DNA of 64,000 nucleotides from NCBI GenBank assembly GCA_963810095.1, contig CAWEMM010000012.1:544001-608000 (forward strand), given 5' to 3'. The stretch's first letter is position 1. Each line of letters opens with the position of its first letter. Positions 30,702-40,888 of the stretch are shown here, in pieces. The stretch is from an uncultured Chloroflexia bacterium (GTDB lineage: Bacteria; Chloroflexota; Anaerolineae; CG2-30-64-16). The position numbers and the translations under genes were made by a program. The notes under the pieces are model-generated. The model was not told where the DNA came from and searched no databases. It worked only from the letters and a program-made list of their open reading frames with translations.

Positions 30702-30773
30702 TTGACACGGGATGCACAATGTGATAATGTGCCTCCGTATCACATAACAAAACTTTGTCTCATATAATAAGAC
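30702..30773 (+). promoter_or_regulatory. Sigma70 promoter of nitroreductase-maeB operon with tandem 17-bp operators
   Basis: TTGACA(30702)-N17-TAATGT; GTATCACATAACAAAAC at 30737-30753 and GTCTCATATAATAAGAC at 30757-30773. Confidence 0.78.
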
Positions 30774-30835
30774 AAGCGACCTCGACGGGCATGCCACGCT
30801 CGCCCCGTTCTGCGATCTCAACAAGGAGGTAAGGG

Positions 30836-31519
30836 ATGCCAGAAACGTATTCGCTTGAGGACGCCGCCATGAAGGTCATTCTGGACCGCCGCAGCGTCCG
30901 CGAGTTCACCTCAGAGCCTGTATCAGACGAGGACCTGGACAAGATCCTGGAGGCCGGGCGACAGGCTCCGTCGGGCGAGAACGCGCAGCCGTGGCGGTTC
31001 ATCGTGGTGAAGAGCGAAGCGACCCGCAAGGCCCTGGCGGCGTTGTCGGGCGGCGGCAGCGGCCGGCGGTTCACGGCCGAGTTCGTTACCAAGCAAATGC
31101 AGGAACGTTTCGCCAACCTGCAGGACGAGGCGAAGAAGCGTGCCGCCTTCGAAAAGCTCACTTCGGGCCAAGTCTCCGCCTTTGTCGGCGACGCCCCGGT
31201 CATCCTGGTCGTCGTGGGCAAGAAGGACGTCTGGGACCTGCCCTACGACACCTCTGCCGCCATCGAAAACATGCTGTTGATGATCACCGCGCTCGGCTTG
31301 GGCGCCTGCTGGGTGATCGCCCCCTGTATCGACATCCGCGACGAATTGCAGATCAAGGAGATGCTCGCGATCCCGGAGGGCTTCAAGGCCATTAGCCTGA
31401 TTTCGGTGGGCCATCCCTCTCGCCCGCATCGTCCGCGGCCCCGCCTCCCCATCACACAGATCGTTTACGCCGAAGCCTGGGGCGCGCCCTACTACAAACC
31501 GGCGGAGGAAAAAGCATGA
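30836..31519 (+). CDS. Nitroreductase family flavoprotein
   Basis: RRSVREF, APSGENAQPWRF, ENMLL, GLGACW. Confidence 0.9.
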   Translation: MPETYSLEDAAMKVILDRRSVREFTSEPVSDEDLDKILEAGRQAPSGENAQPWRFIVVKSEATRKALAALSGGGSGRRFTAEFVTKQMQERFANLQDEAKKRAAFEKLTSGQVSAFVGDAPVILVVVGKKDVWDLPYDTSAAIENMLLMITALGLGACWVIAPCIDIRDELQIKEMLAIPEGFKAISLISVGHPSRPHRPRPRLPITQIVYAEAWGAPYYKPAEEKA

Positions 31520-31992
31520 CCGGCCCAAGCATTTCCCTCGCTTATGCCAACAGCCTCATTTTCGAGCTGGAGAAAGCCTTCTACGACGAGCGCGGCAAGG
31601 GCGCGCGCTTCCGCACGACGACCGTCGGCCGGCAGTATTTCGAGGAGCGCTGCCAGCACTGCCTCCAGTCGGACGACGTCGCCGAGATCACGCACGACAT
31701 CGAAGCGGTGCTCGCCGAGGACGGGCTGGTCGAAGCGGTCGCTCTCAAGCAGGAAGAGCGGCTGCTGCGGCTCCATGTCGCGGGTTGCGTGCACCGGCCG
31801 GTCGAGGAACACATGCTGGCGTGCGGCGTCCAGCCGTTCACGTGCATGCCGGGCAATCTCCTCGTGCTCGCACTTGAGGCGAAGCTCAACCGGCCGGTCG
31901 AACTTGCCGAGATCAAGCTGGACGAAGGCGGCCCTGCAGGGGGCTGCGATCTCCTGCTTGTCCTGTTCGAGAAGCGCCCGGTCTTGGGGTAG
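31516..31992 (+). CDS. Hypothetical protein, V4R/ligand-binding-like with three spaced Cys
   Basis: GCVH...FTCMPG...GGCDL pattern; overlaps the nitroreductase stop (ATGA). Confidence 0.6.
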   Translation: MTGPSISLAYANSLIFELEKAFYDERGKGARFRTTTVGRQYFEERCQHCLQSDDVAEITHDIEAVLAEDGLVEAVALKQEERLLRLHVAGCVHRPVEEHMLACGVQPFTCMPGNLLVLALEAKLNRPVELAEIKLDEGGPAGGCDLLLVLFEKRPVLG

Positions 31993-32001
31993 GAGGCGCG
32001 C

Positions 32002-32901
32002 GTGTCGAAGCTGACCACGCTCAAGGAAGCCGTCGCGTCGATCCCGCCGGGCTCGCACATTGCCTTGTCCGGCTTCGCCATCACCCGCTGCACCATGGCG
32101 TTCGCCCATGAGGTCATCCGCCAGGGCATCGGGCACCTCACGATCTCTCAATGCGTCGGCGCGATGGACGCAGACCTGCTCACCGGCGCGGGTGCGGTCG
32201 ACCGCCTGATCTACGGCGGCGGGTCGCTGGACCGGTTCGGGCGGCTGGCGTGTGTGAACCGCGGCATCGAGAACGGTACGCTGATCGCCGAAGAGCACAG
32301 CAGCCTGTCGATCGCGTTCCGTTACCTGGCCGGCGCACTCGGCCTGCCATTCATCCCCATCCGCTCGCTGGGCGGCTCGGACCTGCTCGGCTGGCTCAAC
32401 GGCCGCCCCACGTCTGCGGTCGCCTCGGTCACCGACCCCTTCACCGGCGAGCAGTGGCGGGCGCTGCAGCCGCTGCTGCCCGACGTGGCGGTCGTGCAGG
32501 TGCAGGCGGCCGACGAACAGGGCAACGCCTGGATTCTCGGGCCGCGCTGGGACAACCTCGAACAGGTGCGGGCGAGCAAGCGGACCATCGTCATTGCCGA
32601 GGAAATCGTGAGCACGGACGAAATTCGCAGCCGGCCCGAGATGACGGTGATCCCGGGGCTGATGGTCTCGCACGTGGCGCCGGTCCCCTTTGGCGCACAC
32701 CCCACGTCGGTATACCGCTGTTACGACTACGACGCGGCGCACATCGAGGAGTACGTGCGGGCCACGGCGACCCCGCAGAGCTTCCGGGCGTACCTCGACT
32801 GCTACGTGTACGGGGTCAGCAGCCACGAAGAGTACCTGGCGCGGGCCGGCGGCCTGGCCGGCGTCGAGGCCCACCGCGCCCGGCCTGAACTGGGATATTG
32901 A
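32002..32901 (+). CDS. CoA-transferase subunit A (GctA/PcaI family)
   Basis: FAHEVIRQG, GALGLPFIPIRSLGGSDL, PDVAVVQVQAADEQGNA, PFGAHP. Confidence 0.88.
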   Translation: MSKLTTLKEAVASIPPGSHIALSGFAITRCTMAFAHEVIRQGIGHLTISQCVGAMDADLLTGAGAVDRLIYGGGSLDRFGRLACVNRGIENGTLIAEEHSSLSIAFRYLAGALGLPFIPIRSLGGSDLLGWLNGRPTSAVASVTDPFTGEQWRALQPLLPDVAVVQVQAADEQGNAWILGPRWDNLEQVRASKRTIVIAEEIVSTDEIRSRPEMTVIPGLMVSHVAPVPFGAHPTSVYRCYDYDAAHIEEYVRATATPQSFRAYLDCYVYGVSSHEEYLARAGGLAGVEAHRARPELGY

Positions 32902-32909
32902 GGGGTGCC

Positions 32910-33708
32910 ATGATGAGCGAGAACTCGCACGCGGAGGCGACCTTGGCTCGCCCCTACACAGCGAACGAACTGATGGCTGCTGCCGGCGCGCGTGAGCTCA
33001 AGGATCACCAGGTGGTCGCAGTGGGCCTTGGCCTGCCGGTCGTGGCTTCGTTCCTCGCCAAGCACACGCATGCGCCCAACATGACGATCCTCTTTGAGCT
33101 CGGCATCATCGACCCCGAGCCCATCCACACCGGCGTGGGCCTGGCAGATCCGCGCGTGTGGCACCGGGCCCCGGTGATGAGCGGTTTTGTCGACATCCTG
33201 GGCGCGATTCTGCACCGCGGCCGTGTGGACGTCGGCTTCCTCGGCGGCCTCGAAATCGACCCGTTCGGCAACCTGAACACCACGCTGCTCGGCGATCCGC
33301 ACGGGAAGTTCCGCCACATGATCGGCAGCGGCGGCGCCAACGACATCGCCTCCTGTGCGCAGAGCACGATCATCATCATGCGGCACGAGGAGCGCAAGCT
33401 GCGGCAGCGCCGTCTCCTTCATCACCAGCCCCGGCTACATCACGGGCGGCGACAGCCGGCACGCAGCCGGTCTGCGCGGCGGACCGAGCCGGGTCATCAC
33501 GGACAAGGCCGTCTTCGGCTTTGACGACGCCACGAAGCAAATGGCGCTGATCTCCATTCACCCGGGCAACACCCTGCAGGATGTCCTGGACACGATGGGG
33601 TTCAGCCCGCTTGTTCCCGCGCACGTGCCCTTTACCGAGCCGCCGACCGCCGAACAGCTCCGCCTCATCCGGGAAGTCATCGACCCGGAGCGCAAGTATC
33701 TCGGCTAA
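32910..33708 (+). CDS. CoA-transferase subunit B (GctB/PcaJ family), frameshift near 33405
   Basis: VGLGLP, ILFELG, GFLGGLEIDPFGNLN, GSGGAND; VSFITSPG...VITDKAVF in a shifted frame. Confidence 0.87.
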
Positions 33709-33758
33709 CTAATTCCACCTGCCGACGGCTGCCAGCCGGCGTCAACAGGAGACAACGA

Positions 33759-33948
33759 ATGGCATATGTTGTGAGCAGCGAGTGCATCCTGTGCGGCGCG
33801 TGCATCGCGGGCTGCGAGTCTGCGGCGATCACCGAGGGGGAGACCCAGGCCATCATCGACCCGGCCATCTGCATCGAGTGCGGCACCTGCGAGCGGAACT
33901 GTCCTTCGCAGGCCATCGTCGTGGGAAGAGGAGCCTGTCAGCGCCTGA
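33759..33948 (+). CDS. 2x[4Fe-4S] ferredoxin
   Basis: CILCGACIAGC and CIECGTCERNCP; true stop probably 33948 after removing one extra G. Confidence 0.85.
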
Positions 33949-34054
33949 CGTCCGGCCACTTATCCCGCACCGACAACGCCTGTGGCGTGACCTCGCCATA
34001 GGCCGGCTGAATCCCGAGCGTACCACCTTCCAAAGAAGGAAGAGAGAGGGGCTC

Positions 34055-34790
34055 ATGGCCTCGCAGTTTCTGAGGGTTGAGGACTTACAAAAATCGTTCG
34101 GCGGCCTGATGGCGGTCCGCCGCCTCGGGCTGGAAGTCGAGCAGGGCGAGATCATCGGCCTCATCGGGCCGAATGGTTCTGGTAAGACCACGACCATGAA
34201 CCTGATCACCGGCTTCCTCAAGCCCGACTCCGGCAAGATCACCTTCCAGGGCAAGGACATCACCGGCCAGCCGCGGTACAAGATGTCGTCGTCCGGCATC
34301 GCCCGCACGTTTCAGTTGGTCAAGCCCTTCCTCGGCTTCACCGCGCTGCAGAACGTCATGGTCGGCCAGCTCTACGGCCAGGCGCCCGCCCGCAGCCCCA
34401 AGGCTTCCGAAGAGTGCGTGCCGCGAGGCGCTCGAACGTGTGCGGCTGCTCGACAAGGCCGACGTGCTGGCCAAAGACCTGACGCTGATGGAGCGCAAGC
34501 GACTCGAGTTGGCCCGAGCGCTGGCGGCGAAGCCCGATCTCCTGCTCCTTGACGAGCTCATGGCCGGCCTGAACCACGTCGAAGCCGAAGATGCCATGGC
34601 GCTCGTCCGCGAAATCCGTGCCTCGGGCATCACGATCATCATCGTCGAACACATCGTAAAGGCGATCTGCGGCCTCTCCGATCGCGTCATCGTGCTGAAC
34701 ATGGGCGAAAAGATCGCCGAGGGCGCGCCCGACGCGATCATCAACGATCCTGAGGTGATCAGGGTGTACCTGGGGAAAGCGCATGCCTAG
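34055..34790 (+). CDS. livG: Branched-chain amino acid-type ABC ATP-binding protein (frameshift near 34420)
   Basis: KSFGGL, GPNGSGKTT, ARTFQ; LLLLDELMAGL, VYLG. Confidence 0.87.
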
Positions 34791-35529
34791 CATCACGCCA
34801 AGCCCGATGCTCAAGCTGGACCACATCAACGCCGGCTACGGCGACCTGCAGGCCCTCTGGGGCATCTCGCTCCAGGTGAACGAAGGCGAGCTGGTTGCCC
34901 TCGTGGGTCCCAACGGCGCGGGCAAGACGACGACGCTCCGTGTCATCACCGGGCTGCTCAGGCCCTGGTCGGGTACGACGGAATTCTGCGGTGCGGGTGG
35001 CGACCTGCAGGACCTGGGCAAGCACACCGCCTTCGACATCGTCGAGCTCGGCATCTCCATGGTGCCCGAGGGCGGCAAGATCTTCGCCGGCATGACCGTG
35101 CTCGAGAACCTCGAGCTGGGCGCCTATCTGGGCCGGGCGCGCAAGAACCGGGCCGAGACCCTCAAGCAGGTTTACGAGATTTTCCCGCGGCTCGAAGAGC
35201 GCAAGACGCAGCGAGCGGGCACGCTGAGCGGCGGGGAACGCCAGATGCTGGCCATGGGCCGGGCGCTGATGTCGCAGCCCCGGCTGCTGATGCTCGACGA
35301 GCCGTCCTTCGGCCTCGCACCGATCCTCGTCGAAGCCATGTTCGAAATGATCACCACCATCAACGGGCAGGGCGTCACCGTCCTGCTCGTCGAGCAGAAC
35401 GTCCGCGCCGCGCTCGAGCTGGCCAACCGGGCTTACGTGATCGAGAACGGCCGCATCGCCGGCGAAGGCGCCGGCTCGTTCCTGCTCTCGTTCGACTCCG
35501 TCCGCAGCGCTTACCTGGGCTGCGAGTGA
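34783..35529 (+). CDS. livF: Branched-chain amino acid-type ABC ATP-binding protein
   Basis: GPNGAGKTT, LSGGERQMLAMGRALM, LLVEQN. Confidence 0.9.
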   Translation: MPSITPSPMLKLDHINAGYGDLQALWGISLQVNEGELVALVGPNGAGKTTTLRVITGLLRPWSGTTEFCGAGGDLQDLGKHTAFDIVELGISMVPEGGKIFAGMTVLENLELGAYLGRARKNRAETLKQVYEIFPRLEERKTQRAGTLSGGERQMLAMGRALMSQPRLLMLDEPSFGLAPILVEAMFEMITTINGQGVTVLLVEQNVRAALELANRAYVIENGRIAGEGAGSFLLSFDSVRSAYLGCE

Positions 35530-35541
35530 GAGAGGCACCTG

Positions 35542-36423
35542 ATGATCCAACCCCTGGCGCAGAACGTCGTCTTCGGGATCCTCGTCGGCGCGCTCTACGC
35601 CCTTGCGGCCGTCGGCCTGTCCCTCGTCTTCGGCGTCACCAAGTTCCTCAACGTGTCCCACGGCGAACTCCTCATGCTGGGCGGGTACGCGGCCTTCTGG
35701 GCCTTCACGCTGCTCGGCATGGATCCGTTCATGACGCTGATCCCCACGATTATCGCCCTCGTGATCATTGGGGCCGTCCTCTACCGGCTCCTCTTCTCCA
35801 GGATGGTGAAGCTGCCGGAGGAGAGCAAGATCCAGAAGACCCTCCTGGTCGGCTTCGGCCTGTCGCTCATCCTGCAGAACCTGGCGCTCCGTTTCTGGAC
35901 GGCCGACACCCGGGGCATCACGACCCCCTACTCGGGCAAGGCGTTCACGATCCTCGGCGTGCGCTTCCCGGTCGTGCGCGTCGCCAGCCTGGTGATTGCG
36001 CTGGTCGTGCTCCTCGCCCTGCACCAGTTCCTGCGCCGGACCTACACCGGCAAGGCCCTCCGGGCCACCGTCGAGAACTGGGAAGCGGCCACGCTCATGG
36101 GCATCAATATCCACGGCGTGTATCTGCTGGCGTTTGTGATCGGTGCGGCGCTGGCAGGCGTGGCCGGCGCCCTCGTCGCCGTCGGCTATGCGATCGAGCC
36201 GGTCATGGGCCTGAACTGGACCCTCAAGGGGATGATCGTCATGGTGCTCGGAGGGCTCGGCAGCATTGTCGGGACGCTTGTCGCCGGACTCATCCTCGGG
36301 GTCACCGAGTCGCTGACGGGTGCGCTCATCAGCGGGCCCTATCGCGAGGTGGTGGGGCTGGTCCTCTTCCTCCTGGTCCTCCTCCTGCGTCCGCAGGGCC
36401 TGTTCGGGTCCAAAGAGGGTTGA
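35542..36423 (+). CDS. livH: Branched-chain amino acid-type ABC permease
   Basis: YALAAVGLSLVFG, NVSHGE, VLGGLGS. Confidence 0.9.
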   Translation: MIQPLAQNVVFGILVGALYALAAVGLSLVFGVTKFLNVSHGELLMLGGYAAFWAFTLLGMDPFMTLIPTIIALVIIGAVLYRLLFSRMVKLPEESKIQKTLLVGFGLSLILQNLALRFWTADTRGITTPYSGKAFTILGVRFPVVRVASLVIALVVLLALHQFLRRTYTGKALRATVENWEAATLMGINIHGVYLLAFVIGAALAGVAGALVAVGYAIEPVMGLNWTLKGMIVMVLGGLGSIVGTLVAGLILGVTESLTGALISGPYREVVGLVLFLLVLLLRPQGLFGSKEG

Positions 36424-36426
36424 TCC

Positions 36427-37410
36427 ATGAGCAGAGGCATTAAGCTCGTCCTGCTGGCGCTGGCGCTCGTCGCACTGGGCGCCGTGCCGCTCGTCGTCAA
36501 GAACGACGCGATCCTCAACCTGGCCGTGCTGGTGCTGCTTTACCTATGCCTGGCTTCGAGCTGGAACATCCTCGGTGGGTTCACGGGTCAGACGAACCTG
36601 GGGCATGCCGCCTTCTTCGGCGTGGGCGCACTGGCGACCCGGACGCTCTGGCTGAGCGGCTGGAACCTGTTCCCCAGCCTGATGGCGGGGGGACTCGTGG
36701 CGGTGGCGCTGGCCGTGATCGTCGGCGTGCCGGCCTTCCGGCTGCGCGGCGTCTATTTCGCCATCGGCACGCTGGCCCTCGCGCAGATCCTCTACATCAC
36801 GGTCGGCAATGCGCTGCCTGAGATTTCGTCCCTCCCGGCCGACTGGCTGGCGAATTACAAGCTGGCACCCCGCTACTACGTGTTTTTCGGTCTGGCAGTC
36901 GCCGTGACGCTTGCCAGCCTCTGGCTCTCCCGCTCGAAGCTTGGGTTGGGCATGACCGCAGTGCGCGAGGAAGAAGACGCCGCCGAGTCGCTCGGCGTAA
37001 ATGCGCTCCTGCACAAGCTGGCCGCATTCGGTGCAAGCGCCTTCTTCGCCGGCCTGACCGGTGGTGCGTTCGCCTACTATCACGTGGGCTTCTACCCACA
37101 GATGCCTTTCGGACCCGAGTGGACGTTTGACGCCATGATGATGGCCTACATCGGCGGCGTCGGCACCATCGCCGGCCCCATCGTCGGCTCCATCTTCTTC
37201 GTGCTGCTGAAGGAGTTGCTCGCGCTCAGGCTGGCCGAGTACCACTTGATCGTCTTCGGCGTGCTGTTCATCCTCGTCGTCCTGTTCCTGCCCACCGGGC
37301 TGGTGGGGGCCTGGAACAAGATCACTAAGTCGGCCCGGCTGCGGCTCGGCGGCAAGACGCCGCGGCAAAAAGAGGAGCCGGGCGCAGCCGCGCCGCGGCT
37401 GGGAGTCTGA
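36427..37410 (+). CDS. livM: Branched-chain amino acid-type ABC permease
   Basis: SWNILGGFTGQTNLGHAAFFG, RLRGVYFAIGTL, AVREEEDAA. Confidence 0.9.
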   Translation: MSRGIKLVLLALALVALGAVPLVVKNDAILNLAVLVLLYLCLASSWNILGGFTGQTNLGHAAFFGVGALATRTLWLSGWNLFPSLMAGGLVAVALAVIVGVPAFRLRGVYFAIGTLALAQILYITVGNALPEISSLPADWLANYKLAPRYYVFFGLAVAVTLASLWLSRSKLGLGMTAVREEEDAAESLGVNALLHKLAAFGASAFFAGLTGGAFAYYHVGFYPQMPFGPEWTFDAMMMAYIGGVGTIAGPIVGSIFFVLLKELLALRLAEYHLIVFGVLFILVVLFLPTGLVGAWNKITKSARLRLGGKTPRQKEEPGAAAPRLGV

Positions 37411-37672
37411 GTACAAGGCCGGTCATCCGACTCGATGTGACAAAAAGGCGCAGGCCCCTGAGGGAGAGGCCGCGAAAGTCGCCATCAGTTCGGCCCGCGG
37501 AGTGACTGCGCCGGCCGAACGTGACCCAAGTCTCGCGATCAGATTCGCCCATCAGCGTAAGCCTTTTGACGGGAGGGCGCCTATGGTGTGACGCAAGCGG
37601 GCTTCCCGCACGCACATCGGCCACAAAATGATTTCCACTCAACAATCAACCAAGGAGCAAGGAGGGTTCGCG

Positions 37673-39008
37673 ATGAAAACTAGAAGCGCAACTACGGTAG
37701 TTGTCTTGCTGCTGATCGCCGTGATCGCGCTCGGGTGCGCGTCGCCGGCGCCCCAGCCAGCCGCACCCGCGCCCGCCGCTACTCAAGCGCCGGCAGCCGC
37801 ACCCACGACGGCTCCGGCCGCCGCTCCGACTGAGGCCCCTGCCGCGGCCGCCAAGCCCGCGACCGGTGCTGCCCCCGAGTTCATCGAACTCGGCGCGTCG
37901 ATCCCCCTGACGGGCCGGTTCGGCTCCCTGGGCACCCAGGTCAAGCCCGGCTACGAGATCGCCATCGACGACATCAACAAGGCCGGCGGCGTCTACGTCA
38001 AAGAGTACGACAAGAAGATCCCGCTCCGCCTGACCGCATACGACGACGAATCCGACCCGACCAAGGCAGTCAGCAAGCTCGAGACGGTCTTCGCCGAGAA
38101 GAACCCGGTCGCCTACCTGGGCGGCGCGGGCAGCGACATGCACGTTGCCACCACCGCCATCGCCGAGAAGAACAAGGTGCCCTACTGCGGCATCTCGTTT
38201 GCGCTGTGGAAGGTTCATCAGAAGGGCTACAAGTACCTGTTCTCGCCGTTCGTCAAGTCGCCGGCGCAGGGCAACGACGTCTACGAGTACCTGAACGCTC
38301 AGATCCCCGAAGGCCAGCGCCCGACCAAGGTGGCGATCTTCCAGGAAAAGAGCGACTGGGGCAATGAACTCGGCGCGCTGTGGAAGGAAAACGCGCCGAA
38401 GTACGGCTACGAGATCGTCGACGTTCGAGGAGTATGCGGGCGGCACCAAGGACTTCTCGAACATGATCACGAAGGCCAAGTCGGCAGGCGCCGAGGCCCT
38501 CTTTGCGATGCCCACCCAGCCCGATGGCGTCGCGATCTTCAAGCAGATGGCCGAACTCGGTTGGACCCCTAAGTTCAGCCTGATCATCCGCGCGCCTGAG
38601 AACGTCAAGTGGTACGAGACGCTTGGCAAGACCGGCGACTACGTCACCATCTTCCCCAGCTGGCACAATGCGGAGAAGTTCCCCGGCGTGGAGCAGCTGA
38701 ACCAGGAATACCAGGCCCTGAACAAGCGGCCCGCCGACCTGCTGACCGGCCCCGCCTACGCCTGCGTCCAGATCGTGGCCAACGCCATCGAGAAGGCGGG
38801 CACGCTCGACCGCGAGAAAGTGCGTGACGCCATGGCCGCGACCGACATGATGACGGTCGTTGGCCCGGTCACCTTCAACCCGGACGGCACGGGCAAGGTG
38901 CTGAACCCGTTGATCCAGTGGCAGGACGGCAAGCTTCAATTGGTGTGGCCTGCCGACCAGGCAAGCGCCAAGCTGGTCTACCCGGCGCCCGCGTTCGATC
39001 AGCGGTAA
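37673..39008 (+). CDS. Liv-type ABC substrate-binding lipoprotein (frameshift near 38425)
   Basis: ALGC lipobox, GASIPLTG, INKAGG, YDDESDP; GPVTFNPDG, QWQDGK. Confidence 0.87.
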
Positions 39009-39079
39009 AATCCATCACGGCCGGCCTGTCGGGGCGAAGAATCCCGGCAGGCCGGCGGTGTCCATCCCCACGAGGCAAC

Positions 39080-40789
39080 ATGAAACTGATCTACGTTGAC
39101 ATGCATGAGCGAGAAATCCGGGAGGTCGAGGAGCCCCGTTACGAGCACTTCGGCGGCCGCGCGCTGATCGATCACATCCTGCTGGACCAGGTGCGGCCCA
39201 CCTGCGACGCGCTCGGCCCGCACAACAGGCTGATCTTTGCGCCGGGCTTGCTGGCGGGCTCGGGCGTCGCGACCGCGGGCCGGCTATCGGTGGGCGCGAA
39301 AAGCCCGCTGACCGGCGGGGTCAAGGAAGCCAATGCGGGCGGAACGGCCGGCGACACGCTGGCCAAAATGGACATCAAGGGGATTGTGGTCGAGGGCCAG
39401 CCCGAGCCGGGCGCACTCTGGCTGCTGCATGTCACGGCCGACGGAGCGCTCCTGCTTCCCGCCGAAGATCTGAAGGGCCTTGGCACCTACGCGACCGGCG
39501 ACAAGCTGCAGGAACGCTTTGGCGCGGACGCCACGGTGATCTGCATCGGGCCTGCGGGCGAGCAAGTGCTGACGGGCGCCAGCATCGCGGTCACCGGCCT
39601 GGCCGACCAGCGCAGCAACCATGCGGCCCGAGGCGGGCTCGGCGCGGTCATGGGCAGCAAGGGGCTGAAGGCGGTCGTGGTGAGCGGTAAGGGCGCGCGG
39701 CTGCGTAAGCCCGCCGAACCCGAACTGTTCAAGACCTCGAGTAAGCACTTCGCCGAGGTCCTCATCAGCGATCCGAAGACCGGCACAAAGGGATCTCAGC
39801 ACCTCTACGGCACCGCCTCCATCGTCGCGGCAGTGAACGAGATGGGGTCCATGCCCACTCGGAACTTCAGCACCGGCAGCTTTGCCGAAGCTGCGAACCT
39901 GACCGGCGAACACATGCGCGAGGTGATCCTCGAGCGCGGGGGCCTGGTGGGCACCCGGTGCATGCCCGGCTGCACGATCGCCTGCCGGAACAATTACGTG
40001 GACCAGGCGGGTGGATCGGTCGTCGGCACCCTGCAGTACGAGACCATTGCGTTGCTCGGCTCCAACCTGGGGCTGGGCAGCCTCGACCACGTCGCCCGGC
40101 CTGAATTACCTGTGCAACGACCTGGGCCTGGACACGATCGAAACGGGCGCGGCCCTGGGCGTGGCGCTCGAGGCCGGCTTGGGCGAGTTCGGCGACATGG
40201 CGAGCATCGAGGCGCTTCTCTGCCAGGTCTATGAGGGCACAGTAACGGGCAAGATGATCGGCAACGGCGCGGCGGTGACCGGGCGGTGCTGGGCGTGCGC
40301 CGCGTGCCCGTGGCACTCGGGCAGGCAATGCCGGGCTACGATCCGCGGTCGCTCAAGGGCAACGGCGTGACCTATGCCACTTCGCCGCAGGGCGCGGATC
40401 ACACGGCAGGCAACGCGTTCGGCGCGCGCAAAGAGGTCAACCCGCTTGGCGCCGGTGGACAGAAGGCCCTCTCCTTGAAGCTGCAATTGATCGGTGCTAT
40501 GCTGGACAGCACCGGGCTGTGCCTCTTCGCCCGTCCGCCCGTCCTGGCCGAGCCGCAGTTAATGGCCGACATGATCAATGGGCTGTACGGTTGGGGGTGG
40601 ACCGCGCAGGACGTAGACGCGGCCAACCGCGACGTGCTTCGGACCGAGCTGGAATTCAACCGCCGCGCTGGTCTGACCGCGGCCGACTACCGCATCCCCG
40701 AGTACATGTGCGAGGAGCCGCTTGCGCCGCACAATGCGGTGTTCGACGTGCCCGACGCCGACCTGGACTCGGTTTTCGAGACGCTGTAG
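39080..40789 (+). CDS. Aldehyde:ferredoxin oxidoreductase (W/Mo-pterin AOR family), two frameshifts
   Basis: KSPLTGGVKEANAGG, IGPAGE, ARGGLGAVMGSKGLKA, CMPGCTIAC, DLGLDTIE, YATSPQGADHTAG. Confidence 0.9.
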
Positions 40790-40818
40790 TCTTCGAGCGG
40801 CCGTTCGCCGGCGAACCC

Positions 40819-40869
40819 AGGAACCGGGTTTCTCCGGGCCAGCGACGCTGGCGCAGAAACCTGGTTCCT
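40819..40869. repeat. Family B repeat, second full copy
   Basis: AGGAACCGGGTTTCT-CCGGGCCAGCGACGCTGGCGC-AGAAACCTGGTTCCT. Confidence 0.8.
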
Positions 40870-40888
40870 ACAGAGGCTGAGAGTCTTC

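Noticed and set aside
37411-37672. 260-bp gap before the Liv binding-protein gene as a riboswitch or sRNA
   Set aside because: No recognisable aptamer consensus; cannot be supported without an Rfam search
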